Shown: piece by piece, positions 27,444-35,641 of the stretch
Numbering within the stretch: position 1 is the first letter of the stretch
How the letters are laid out: each line of letters begins with the position of its first letter
From: Cyanobacteria bacterium auto_48_18
GTDB lineage: Bacteria > Cyanobacteriota > Vampirovibrionia > Obscuribacterales > Obscuribacteraceae
Assembly: GCA_036170915.1 (NCBI GenBank)
Contig: JAVHQC010000022.1
Coordinates: 127,320-191,319, forward strand
Direction: 5' to 3'
DNA length: 64,000 bases
Notes under the pieces: generated by a model
What the model saw: only the letters and a program-made list of their open reading frames with translations
What the model was told of the DNA's origin: nothing
Database searches by the model: none
Position numbers and translations under genes: made by a program

Positions 27444-27888
27444 GACAGAAGCAGAGTATCAGGAATGTATCAGAAGGCTTGAAGCAGACCGCCAGGCAAT
27501 CGCAGCCCAGCGGGAACGTCTTGCCGAGATGAAATTACCAGCCGACCAGCTTGAAGTTGCTATGGAGCCCATAGTGTCCTTCCATGCTCAGTTAAAAGAA
27601 GAAGTGGAGTGGTACGAGCGTGTCAAGCGACGCGATTTTGGTGTCATGACGCACCTGACCGAGGTTGGGCCACTCTTGGTGGCATTGCGAATAGCCAATG
27701 GTCTAACTCAATCCGAATTGGCTAAACGTTTAGGTGTGGATGTCTCCCAGGTTTCGCGTGACGAACGCAATGATTACCACGGAATTTCTATTGACCGTGC
27801 AGAGCGAGTCCTGGTGGCTCTTGGCGAAGAGCTGGAAATTAGTGTTGGACGCAAAAGAGCGACCGGTGAACTAATGGCGGCTCGCTAA
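27436..27888 (+). CDS. XRE/HTH transcriptional regulator (putative antitoxin)
   Basis: MIKTEAEY start with GGAG RBS overlapping the upstream stop; RIANGLTQSELAKRLGV..SQVSRDE. Confidence 0.88.
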   Translation: MIKTEAEYQECIRRLEADRQAIAAQRERLAEMKLPADQLEVAMEPIVSFHAQLKEEVEWYERVKRRDFGVMTHLTEVGPLLVALRIANGLTQSELAKRLGVDVSQVSRDERNDYHGISIDRAERVLVALGEELEISVGRKRATGELMAAR

Positions 27889-27889
27889 A

Positions 27890-28168
27890 CAGACGGGGCG
27901 CTTTGATAAATTTCGAGCGGCCGGTGATATCCGATCTCGGCAACAGCCGTATCTAAGCCACTAGAATCGAATGCACCAAAAGCGGTGCTACTAAAATCTG
28001 GCTTCTACCAGGGTGTATAAAAAGAGGGTCTGTTCTCTTCTCTATACCGGCCAAGAGTTCCCGAACTTCCAGGTCTCCAAGGCCGTCAATGAAATTGACT
28101 GGTGGGTAGCGATCGTCAGTGATGCGATATGCCGGGGCCTAATTTACCTGGGATATAGGAACTTGCAA
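27890..28168 (-). pseudogene. Decayed RES-domain toxin
   Basis: TTG right after the antitoxin stop: MQVPISQVN*APAYRITDDRYPPVNF...IEKRTDP, then in a shifted frame STAFGAF..LDTAVAEIGYHR; truncated. Confidence 0.8.
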
Positions 28169-28555
28169 TTAGCGTCCCTTTTGTCCGGCTAAGTAGAGGC
28201 GCACCGTGTGCAATCCGATAAGTCTCTCGTCTAACATTAACTGCAAGGCTGAGCGGCCGTTGAATGGAGGAGCACTGTTTGGCTTCTTAACCCACGTATT
28301 CGCAGATTCGCTTTTGCTAAAGAGTGATTGAAGGTCTTGATGGATACCCAAGACATAGCTGATGCGGTCAAGCATGTCAGTGCCCAATGTCACTCCTTCT
28401 GGCGAGCTCCGGTAGTTGTAGAGCGTAGAAGACGCCACATCTCCAAGAAGGCGCATTTGCTCAGCCGGGGTGAGTTGCCATTTCTCAGCCACTTTGAAAA
28501 AAGCCCTTAATGCAACTGAATCACGACTCTTCGTTTTTGGAATAGCTGCTTTCAT
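28169..28555 (-). CDS. Xre/MbcA/ParS-type antitoxin (DUF2384-like)
   Basis: AFFKVAEKWQL...LDRISYVLGI...WVKKPN..PFNGRSAL. Confidence 0.9.
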   Translation of the reverse strand: MKAAIPKTKSRDSVALRAFFKVAEKWQLTPAEQMRLLGDVASSTLYNYRSSPEGVTLGTDMLDRISYVLGIHQDLQSLFSKSESANTWVKKPNSAPPFNGRSALQLMLDERLIGLHTVRLYLAGQKGR

Positions 28556-28584
28556 GAAGGATTCTCTAAAATTGTAATATTTTC

Positions 28585-28613
28585 ACTATATCTCCAAATA
28601 TGGACTTGCTCAA
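28585..28613 (-). promoter_or_regulatory. Sigma70-type promoter TTGAGC-17-TATAGT with palindrome TCCA-N4-TGGA in the spacer
   Basis: Read on the minus strand; palindrome at 28593-28604. Confidence 0.6.
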
Positions 28614-28749
28614 GCGACTTCAGTATTTGAATTGATCTGTGGCATGAGTGTTTGGCTTTGAGACAGAGGTAGGTGTTAGGCTTGATTGAGATTTGGTTTA
28701 GATGAGTTTATAGGTTTAGGTCAAATAATCGTTTGCAAGGAAGTCATAC

Positions 28750-29258
28750 ATGGGTTTTTGTTTGTCGTGGCTGGGTGTTCGTAACCGAAAAGTTGAAGAT
28801 ATTCTGGAAATTTTGGCAGAAGAATGGGAGCGCAATCCTTGGGATAATTCTTATGAGTCTCCAATGGCTTTCATAGACCTTCAGAATGGTTGGCATGTTT
28901 TAGAAAGCTCTCCTGATACATTCTTTTTTGATAGGCCGGCACTGATCAGCAAACTTTCAAAAGGGACCGAACTTGTTGTGTGCGCAGTAAATGAACCGCA
29001 GAACATTAGCGAAGCACACAAATATTTCGATCAACAGCAGGTATGGACAATAAAGCATGATCTGCGAATGGGTCAAAATAGCCTGGTTGCAAGCGGTGAA
29101 GAGTCGGAAGCCTGCCTACAATAGCCATTACAATGGCCGCAGCTAATAATCAGTTTGCCGTTGCAGAAGCATATTGTACTGAAGCTTGTGGCTATTGCTC
29201 ATGGACTGCCGACCCTAGAACGACTGTGTATCTGCCAATTCCTTTTCTTGTAAGTTAG
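28750..29258 (+). pseudogene. Hypothetical (immunity-like) protein with a probable -1 frameshift near 29100-29121
   Basis: MGFCLSWLGV... stops at 29124; the -1 frame stays open to TAG 29258. Confidence 0.5.
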
Positions 29259-29324
29259 CGAGAGCGATGCTGTCGGCGCCTAGAGCAAATAACAGAATTA
29301 ATTCACACAAAAAAAGGCCACGAT

Positions 29325-30116
29325 ATGAAGAAAACTATTCGGGCTCAAAGTACGTGGTACCAGCCATTTTACAATGCCGGGCAGCAGGGCGTTATTGATC
29401 TAGGCTTTGTGCCGGAGAGTGACTATCCAGTTGATCTACAACCGATTACATTCGAGAATTCAAAAACTCTAACTAAGTACGAAAAGGAAAGCAACAATAG
29501 CTTAGAAAAGCGGAGATTCTACATTCCAAATGCTGCTCCAGACGTTATTGTCTTTTCGATTGCTGGCGGCTTGAATGATCGCGGATTTAGTATGAACCCA
29601 TCCGTTGGGTATACCAATTTAGAAATAGCAACCATCATTATGCAGCTCAATGATAAGTGGAGATCAATCTACGAGCCTTTCGACTGGCACAATGTTTTAC
29701 AACTGGGCGAGGCGTTGCCCGGTATCTTTCTCTTGAAACAAACCGATGATCAACTGGCCAAGGCCATGGACGTAGTTAATCGCCTCAAATATTTTGGGTT
29801 GGCTTGGGCCGAGAGCAATATGGGCTTGTCTAAAATTCAGAAGCGATTTCTCGAAGGTCCTGAATGCACGCCCAGAGCTATTGCTTGTGCGCTGCACGCT
29901 CGGCGCTTCGATATCGCGCATGAGAAGCTTTTGCAGGCCTTAGCGAAACGTGAGGCAAGTATCGAAGAATGGACGAAGTACTATCCTTCTTTGACTCGAG
30001 AGAAGATTCTTCTCGATGCTGAAAATAATTTGCAGCCCGATTATTTCTGGAGGCAAAAATATTTTGACAAAGTATTACTTGCCTGTTCAAGTCAGTCGCT
30101 TGATGGATTCGAGTAA
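29325..30116 (+). CDS. Hypothetical protein
   Basis: 263-aa ORF, no family recognised. Confidence 0.7.
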   Translation: MKKTIRAQSTWYQPFYNAGQQGVIDLGFVPESDYPVDLQPITFENSKTLTKYEKESNNSLEKRRFYIPNAAPDVIVFSIAGGLNDRGFSMNPSVGYTNLEIATIIMQLNDKWRSIYEPFDWHNVLQLGEALPGIFLLKQTDDQLAKAMDVVNRLKYFGLAWAESNMGLSKIQKRFLEGPECTPRAIACALHARRFDIAHEKLLQALAKREASIEEWTKYYPSLTREKILLDAENNLQPDYFWRQKYFDKVLLACSSQSLDGFE

Positions 30117-30157
30117 ACTTTCTTTTATGGAGTCCAAGCTAACAAGGAAGTCTAGCG

Positions 30158-30589
30158 ATGCGGCAAGAAACTCTTTGGCATGATGAGGCTTCGAAATATG
30201 GTGCTGATATAGAGCGCGTGCAGGTCTGGGACGCACTGTCGGAAATGTTTTTGGACACTGACAGATCCATTGAGGAACTTGATGCACTGGCTGAGAAAAT
30301 TGGCCGTTCACCATTTAGTTTCTCTGAACTGGGTCATATTGTTTTTTGTGAAGTCGGACCTGTCTGTTTTTCCAATACTCTATGGTTTGTTGGAGGAGAG
30401 GGTCTTTTGTTTGAGCCGGATTGGCTAATACCCAGGTGTTTGGAGCGACAAAAGAAGAACAAATATACAGCTTCTGCTAAGCCTAATGATTTACCCATGT
30501 GGATGCATCTATCTTCGCCGTTTTTCCTTAATGCTTACTTGTTAATCTATCGCGTAGAAAGGATCCGGAATTCGCATGGCGAAAAGTAA
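30158..30589 (+). CDS. Conserved hypothetical protein (DUF7079-like)
   Basis: R.QVWDALSEMFLDT...EVGPV...N...GE pattern. Confidence 0.65.
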   Translation: MRQETLWHDEASKYGADIERVQVWDALSEMFLDTDRSIEELDALAEKIGRSPFSFSELGHIVFCEVGPVCFSNTLWFVGGEGLLFEPDWLIPRCLERQKKNKYTASAKPNDLPMWMHLSSPFFLNAYLLIYRVERIRNSHGEK

Positions 30590-30626
30590 GCAGAGCAGAC
30601 GGCTTTCGTGCTTGATGTTTTAAAAC

Positions 30627-31022
30627 CTAAAGACCACTCTGATAAATTTCGAGTGGCAAGTTATCCGGATCGTAGAAAAAAGTAAACTTCCGGTCGGTGT
30701 ACTCGTCTACGCGAATATCCTCGGCGCTGATTCCGGCAGCACGAAGTTTTTCTAGAACAGCCGCTACATCTTCGACTTCGAAAGCCAAATGACGTAGACC
30801 GCAGGCCTCCGGATTCGTCACTCGCGCAGGCGGAGTTGGAAACGAAAATAATTCAATCTGGCTGTGCGAGCCGACTTTCAAATCGAGTTTGTATGAAAGT
30901 CTATTCTCGCGATAGACTTCTTGCAAAATTTCAAAACCAAGTATTTCTGTGTAAAAACGCTTGGAGACTTCATAGTCAGAGCAGATAATGGCTACATGGT
31001 GAATTTTGCTATTTCTTAGCAT
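30627..31022 (-). CDS. VOC/glyoxalase family protein (YaeR/GloA2-like)
   Basis: IHHVAIICSDY, IELFSF, GLRHLAF, FYDPDNLPLEIY. Confidence 0.92.
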   Translation of the reverse strand: MLRNSKIHHVAIICSDYEVSKRFYTEILGFEILQEVYRENRLSYKLDLKVGSHSQIELFSFPTPPARVTNPEACGLRHLAFEVEDVAAVLEKLRAAGISAEDIRVDEYTDRKFTFFYDPDNLPLEIYQSGL

Positions 31023-31061
31023 TTCTACTCCTTCTAAGCCAAGGCGACCGCACCTTTGTCC

Positions 31062-31583
31062 TTAAAGGCATTGCACGTCGCCATCAACAAGAGTCGGCCA
31101 ACATATGACGGAGCCTTTGAATATGTTTATTCTCCACGCAGGCCCGGTTGAGACCTTGCCGTCCATCCGAGATATTCGAATAGAGACATCTGTTAGAAAT
31201 TCCATGCGGTGGATCTCTGTTCCGTTCGGCGTGGGCTTCGTATCAAAGCATAGCTCGCCTGACTCCTGTAATTTATTTGCATGGCCAAACTTGTCTACTT
31301 CAAACCACTCCCATGCAAATGATTTGTATCCGGCATGATGACCACTTAAGCCAAATCCATTGCAATCTGGAGTTTCTAATATGTCAGCGGCATCGGCAAG
31401 ACTGAAAGTAAAGAATCCGTCCAAATCAATTTGCTTGTCAAAAAAGTCTTCAACAGGCTCGATTTTCACGTCGCTAATTTGCAAAGTTTTCTCACCGCTC
31501 GATAAAAGTTCCTTGGCTGCGGTGTCGTATATGGCCCATTTGAGAGAGCCTATTGGATTGTGGGGGGTGATCTTGTTTATCAT
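31062..31583 (-). CDS. Hypothetical protein
   Basis: ORF; ATG 31583 avoids overlap with the divergent gene. Confidence 0.6.
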   Translation of the reverse strand: MINKITPHNPIGSLKWAIYDTAAKELLSSGEKTLQISDVKIEPVEDFFDKQIDLDGFFTFSLADAADILETPDCNGFGLSGHHAGYKSFAWEWFEVDKFGHANKLQESGELCFDTKPTPNGTEIHRMEFLTDVSIRISRMDGKVSTGPAWRINIFKGSVICWPTLVDGDVQCL

Positions 31584-31619
31584 AGAAGTAAGTATTGCAT
31601 TTTCTTCAAAGGGCAATCT

Positions 31620-32174
31620 ATGACAAACCTTCAATCTCCCGAGTGGAAAGCTTTGGGTTCGAATGCACTAAAGCTCATCGAGTCGCAAAAGTTAGAGCAA
31701 TTGGGCGATGAATCTCGCAAGTTCGAGCCGTTGATTAGGCTTTGGAAATATCCAAGCTTTGGAAGGCACGTTAGCCTGACCATTTTTCGCGAGCGCGGCG
31801 ATGTTTTAACGGACAATTTTGTTATCAAGCAAGTAACCTGGGATCGCCCCGCCGATGCTCAGCGTTTCTCAGATCCTCTTATTGGTCTTAAGCATCCGTT
31901 TGGATTTTCGGATAAGCCATCAGTTGAACTCAGAGAAGTGAAATGTCAATCGCACATTCTGAGAACTCACTTGCACTCTTTAGCGCTGCTCAATGTAAGG
32001 CCTTTTTCGCTGGCTGGAGGGGTGAGCATCGATGGTATTCAGGAAGGTATCGACTTCGTGTGGTATTCGCACCGCTGCTTAATAAAGTTTCAAGATACTG
32101 ATGAATCAGAATTTTTTATCGAGTTCAAATTATGGCGAAGCAAATTTATGGATATCGCAATGAGCTTCCTCTAA
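31620..32174 (+). CDS. Hypothetical protein
   Basis: ORF; ATG 31620 after AAGGG. Confidence 0.6.
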   Translation: MTNLQSPEWKALGSNALKLIESQKLEQLGDESRKFEPLIRLWKYPSFGRHVSLTIFRERGDVLTDNFVIKQVTWDRPADAQRFSDPLIGLKHPFGFSDKPSVELREVKCQSHILRTHLHSLALLNVRPFSLAGGVSIDGIQEGIDFVWYSHRCLIKFQDTDESEFFIEFKLWRSKFMDIAMSFL

Positions 32175-32201
32175 CGTCGAATAGCTACTCCGCCTGGATA
32201 T

Positions 32202-33989
32202 TTAGTTTTGGTTTAGAGGATTTAGAGTTTTAGTCTTTTCGTAAACCACATCACCGTCAATCATCGTCCAAACAACTTTAGCCCCTGCAATTTCACTCGC
32301 CGGCAATTCAAATATATTCTTATCAAACATCACGAGATCTGCACTTTTGCCTGTCTCCAGGCTACCGGTCTGCCCTTCGCTATGATTAACGTAAGCACCA
32401 CCAGTAGTGTAGGCTCGCACAATATCCTGAAGCTCAATTTTTTGATCAGCATTAAGCGGTGGTACTTGCTTCAACGCCTCAAAGTTTTTTGCACCTTTAT
32501 TTGCCAGTTCATAACTCTGTCTGGTCACTGCTACTTGTATGGCATCCAGCGGGTTTAGAGTTGAGACAGTCCAATCAGATCCGGCAGCTAATCGTGCGCC
32601 ACCGTTCTTCAAACTGTTAAACGGATACACCCGCGCCATGCGTTCGGCACCCAGCAAAGGTGCTGTCAGTTCTTTGATGTATTTATCTTGAAAGGCCCAG
32701 GCGGCCTGGCAGTTAGCCGTTATATTTAAAGCCTTGAACCGCCCATAGTCATCAGGATGCACCAGCTGCAAGTGAGCAATCTGATGGCGCAAATCGTTGG
32801 TTGTGTTCTTCGCTTCAAAGGCATCCAGAGCGGCTCGCACTGCTCGGTCACCAATTGCATGTATATGAATTTGAAATCCACGACGATCGAGTTCTTTGAC
32901 GATTGCTTTCAATTCTTCAGGCGAATAATTCAATTCACCGCTTTTTCCCGGCTGGTCTAAGTATGGTGTGAGCAGTGCGGCGGTGTGCGATTCCACCACA
33001 CCATCAGCAAATATCTTGGCCGAGTGCGCCTGCAGACGCGGATACTTCGAATATTTCTTTGCTTGTTTTTCTAAGCGGTCATATGATTTAGGAGACATTA
33101 CTCCGGTGTGCAAAGCTGCCACCACTTTCAAATTTAGTCTTTTTCGCTTGGCCAAATCATAATAAGCAGTCAGTACTTCTTCGTTGGCGTGAGCGTCTTG
33201 TGCTGAAGTGATACCAAAAGAATTGGCCAGTGCAATTGCATTAGCTAGAGCATTGCTGCGTTCTTTCAATGACAAAACAGGCAATACTTTTTGCACCAGA
33301 GCCAGTGCTCCTTCGCGCAGGCATCCGGTTGGTTGGCCATTTGAATCTAATTCGACGATGCCACCACATGGTGCCGTGCTTGCCGCGGTGATGCCTGCCA
33401 TTTGCATGGCTTTGCTATTGAGCCAGGCTGAGTGTCCGTCTTCTGCATAAACCAGAAGTGGTCGCGTGCTTGATACGCTATCTAAAATTTGGCAAGTCAG
33501 AGGAGCCGCAGCTACAGCTGGCAGCGGCAGGCCTGCTCCTAGTATCCATTTGTCGTCGCCGGGGTGTTTGACTGCGGCCCACTTTTTCAAAAGCTCCAGC
33601 ACTTCACTTTGATTGGTGGCAGAGTTTAAGCGACACTGTAAAAGCTCGGCTCCACCCTCTGCTAAGTGTACGTGGCAGTCATGCAAGCCGGGCAATATCA
33701 ATCGACCCTCACCGTCTTGCACCTTTGTCTGTGCTCCGGTCAGGTTTTTTACCTCGGCATCGCTGCCGACTTTCAATATTTTTCCACCTTTAATGGCTAT
33801 GGCGCTCTGCCAACCTGCATCAGAGGCTGTGTATATGCGGGCGTTGAAAATTATTGAGTCGGCCTGGTCTTGATTTTGAGTGGCCGGGCGCGCTTTGGCT
33901 GCCACCGACGGCGCGTAAGAGACCACCATGCATGTGGCGGCAAGCCAGTTGAAAACACTTATTGCTGGCTTAAATTGAGCTCGCTTCAA
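32202..33989 (-). CDS. Secreted amidohydrolase 3 (YtcJ-like)
   Basis: PGLHDCHVH, KIFADG, IHAIGD, GSDW, GSLETGKSADL. Confidence 0.92.
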   Translation of the reverse strand: MKRAQFKPAISVFNWLAATCMVVSYAPSVAAKARPATQNQDQADSIIFNARIYTASDAGWQSAIAIKGGKILKVGSDAEVKNLTGAQTKVQDGEGRLILPGLHDCHVHLAEGGAELLQCRLNSATNQSEVLELLKKWAAVKHPGDDKWILGAGLPLPAVAAAPLTCQILDSVSSTRPLLVYAEDGHSAWLNSKAMQMAGITAASTAPCGGIVELDSNGQPTGCLREGALALVQKVLPVLSLKERSNALANAIALANSFGITSAQDAHANEEVLTAYYDLAKRKRLNLKVVAALHTGVMSPKSYDRLEKQAKKYSKYPRLQAHSAKIFADGVVESHTAALLTPYLDQPGKSGELNYSPEELKAIVKELDRRGFQIHIHAIGDRAVRAALDAFEAKNTTNDLRHQIAHLQLVHPDDYGRFKALNITANCQAAWAFQDKYIKELTAPLLGAERMARVYPFNSLKNGGARLAAGSDWTVSTLNPLDAIQVAVTRQSYELANKGAKNFEALKQVPPLNADQKIELQDIVRAYTTGGAYVNHSEGQTGSLETGKSADLVMFDKNIFELPASEIAGAKVVWTMIDGDVVYEKTKTLNPLNQN

Positions 33990-34222
33990 ATTGCTTCTCG
34001 GGCTAAGACGTTGTACTTACTGGTTAGATTCTGCCAGAAAAGCACTTTTCAATGCAATATAAGCGACCACTGCGTAAACAGTAAAAAGCAAAATGAACCC
34101 CACCTGGGGAAATTTGACGGCCACTTTGAAGAAGGGCCGAGCGAACATGTCGAAAAATAGAATTCCTGAAGCAGCGCTCATCATTGACACCTGTAGTTGA
34201 CCGCATCAGCATGCGGTCGCTA

Positions 34223-34241
34223 TGGTTAAGCAGTGGTTAAG
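34223..34241. promoter_or_regulatory. Direct repeat TGGTTAAG with 11-bp period (OmpR/PhoB-like box)
   Basis: TGGTTAAG at 34223 and 34234. Confidence 0.45.
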
Positions 34242-34381
34242 GGTTCGGGCCTTGCTACGAAGCTGTAATCAAGCCAATTTAGCCAGTTGGCTACATTTGT
34301 TTCGAAATTTTCATCACAGATGTTGACTGTCTAGTTAGCCGCGGCGGCGTTATCAACTAAACTTATGTTGGAAGTCCTAAG

Positions 34382-35626
34382 TTGAATGGTTTTTCTGTGA
34401 TTGTCACTGAGCGCCGCAGGGCCCTTACATCGTTTGTTCTGATGGCGTCGGCGCTGGTTTTGAGCGGTTGCGGTCGTGAAGAGTCGCGTGGGGCTGTGCC
34501 TCCGCGCGCTACTCCGGTCAAGATTACGCCGGTTTTGCTCAAGCCCATTAGCGACAGTTCGACCTTTGTCGGCACGCTTAAAAGCCGCAAGTCAGTGACT
34601 TTGCGCCCACGCGTCACCGGCTACATTACTCAAATTATGGTCAACTCCGGCGACGTTGTGCGGGCTGGGGCTGTGCTTTTTGAAGTTGACCCGGCTAAAG
34701 AACAAGAGGCGCTCAATACGCAACTGGCGTCGGTTGAGTCGAGCGAGGCTGAGCGCACTAGTGCAGGTGAAACGCTGCGGTCGCTCAAGGCATCGCGCAC
34801 GGCCAAAGTGGCCAATCTCGAGTTTACTCGCAGTCAACACGCACGTTATCTCAGCTTGAGCGCTCAAGGTGCTGTGGCTCAAGAGGCCGTTGACCAGTTT
34901 GCCAATCAGCTGAAAGCGGCTGAGGCTGACCTTGCTTCTATTGACGCCCAGATTCGCTCGCAAGATGCCATCTTTAACAAGAGCGGCAAGATGCTTAAAC
35001 AGAGCGCTTCGCAGACCAAGCAACAGCGTGTGCAGCTGGGTTACTACAAGGTGCATGCTCCCTTTGCTGGAGTGATTGGTGACGTGCCGGTGAAGCTCGG
35101 CCAGTATGTCGAGTCGTCGACTGACCTGACTACGCTTGATCAAAATCGCCCCCTTGAAGTTTATGTATATGTTCCGGCTGAGCAAGCTGCCAGGCTGCGG
35201 AAAGGCATGAACATGAATATGGTTGATAGTGACGGGCAGTCGCTGGGCAACTGTTCTATTTTCTTTATTTCGCCTCAGGTGAACAATCAAAATCAATCGG
35301 TGTTGGTCAAAGCGCTGTTTGAAAATGGGCGTGAGGCGCTGCGTTCTAATCAGCAAGTGACTACTAAAATTGTCTGGCAAACGAGAGACCAGATGATGGT
35401 GCCGACTAATGCTGTGACGCACATCAGCGGTCAAGATTTTGTTTTTGTGGCAGTAGATGAGAACAAAGGCAAGGGCATGTATGTGGCTAAACAGCGCCCT
35501 GTGACCCTCGGTGACATTTACGGCAACAGCTATGTGGTGCGCAGCGGATTGCACAATTCTGATCAAATTGTGGTGTCAAATGTGCAGATGCTTTTTGAAG
35601 GTGCACCTATTGCTGCTGCTCCGTAA
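34382..35626 (+). CDS. RND efflux periplasmic adaptor (MFP) lipoprotein
   Basis: LVLSGC lipobox, coiled-coil hairpin, APFAGVIG. Confidence 0.93.
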   Translation: MNGFSVIVTERRRALTSFVLMASALVLSGCGREESRGAVPPRATPVKITPVLLKPISDSSTFVGTLKSRKSVTLRPRVTGYITQIMVNSGDVVRAGAVLFEVDPAKEQEALNTQLASVESSEAERTSAGETLRSLKASRTAKVANLEFTRSQHARYLSLSAQGAVAQEAVDQFANQLKAAEADLASIDAQIRSQDAIFNKSGKMLKQSASQTKQQRVQLGYYKVHAPFAGVIGDVPVKLGQYVESSTDLTTLDQNRPLEVYVYVPAEQAARLRKGMNMNMVDSDGQSLGNCSIFFISPQVNNQNQSVLVKALFENGREALRSNQQVTTKIVWQTRDQMMVPTNAVTHISGQDFVFVAVDENKGKGMYVAKQRPVTLGDIYGNSYVVRSGLHNSDQIVVSNVQMLFEGAPIAAAP

Positions 35627-35641
35627 ATTAATAGGTAACTG

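Noticed and set aside
23130..32200. Integron cassette array
   Set aside because: Mixed gene orientations, no recurring attC-like ends and no integrase seen.
34592..35566. 324-aa minus-strand ORF
   Set aside because: Antisense shadow of the RND adaptor gene with no recognisable motifs.
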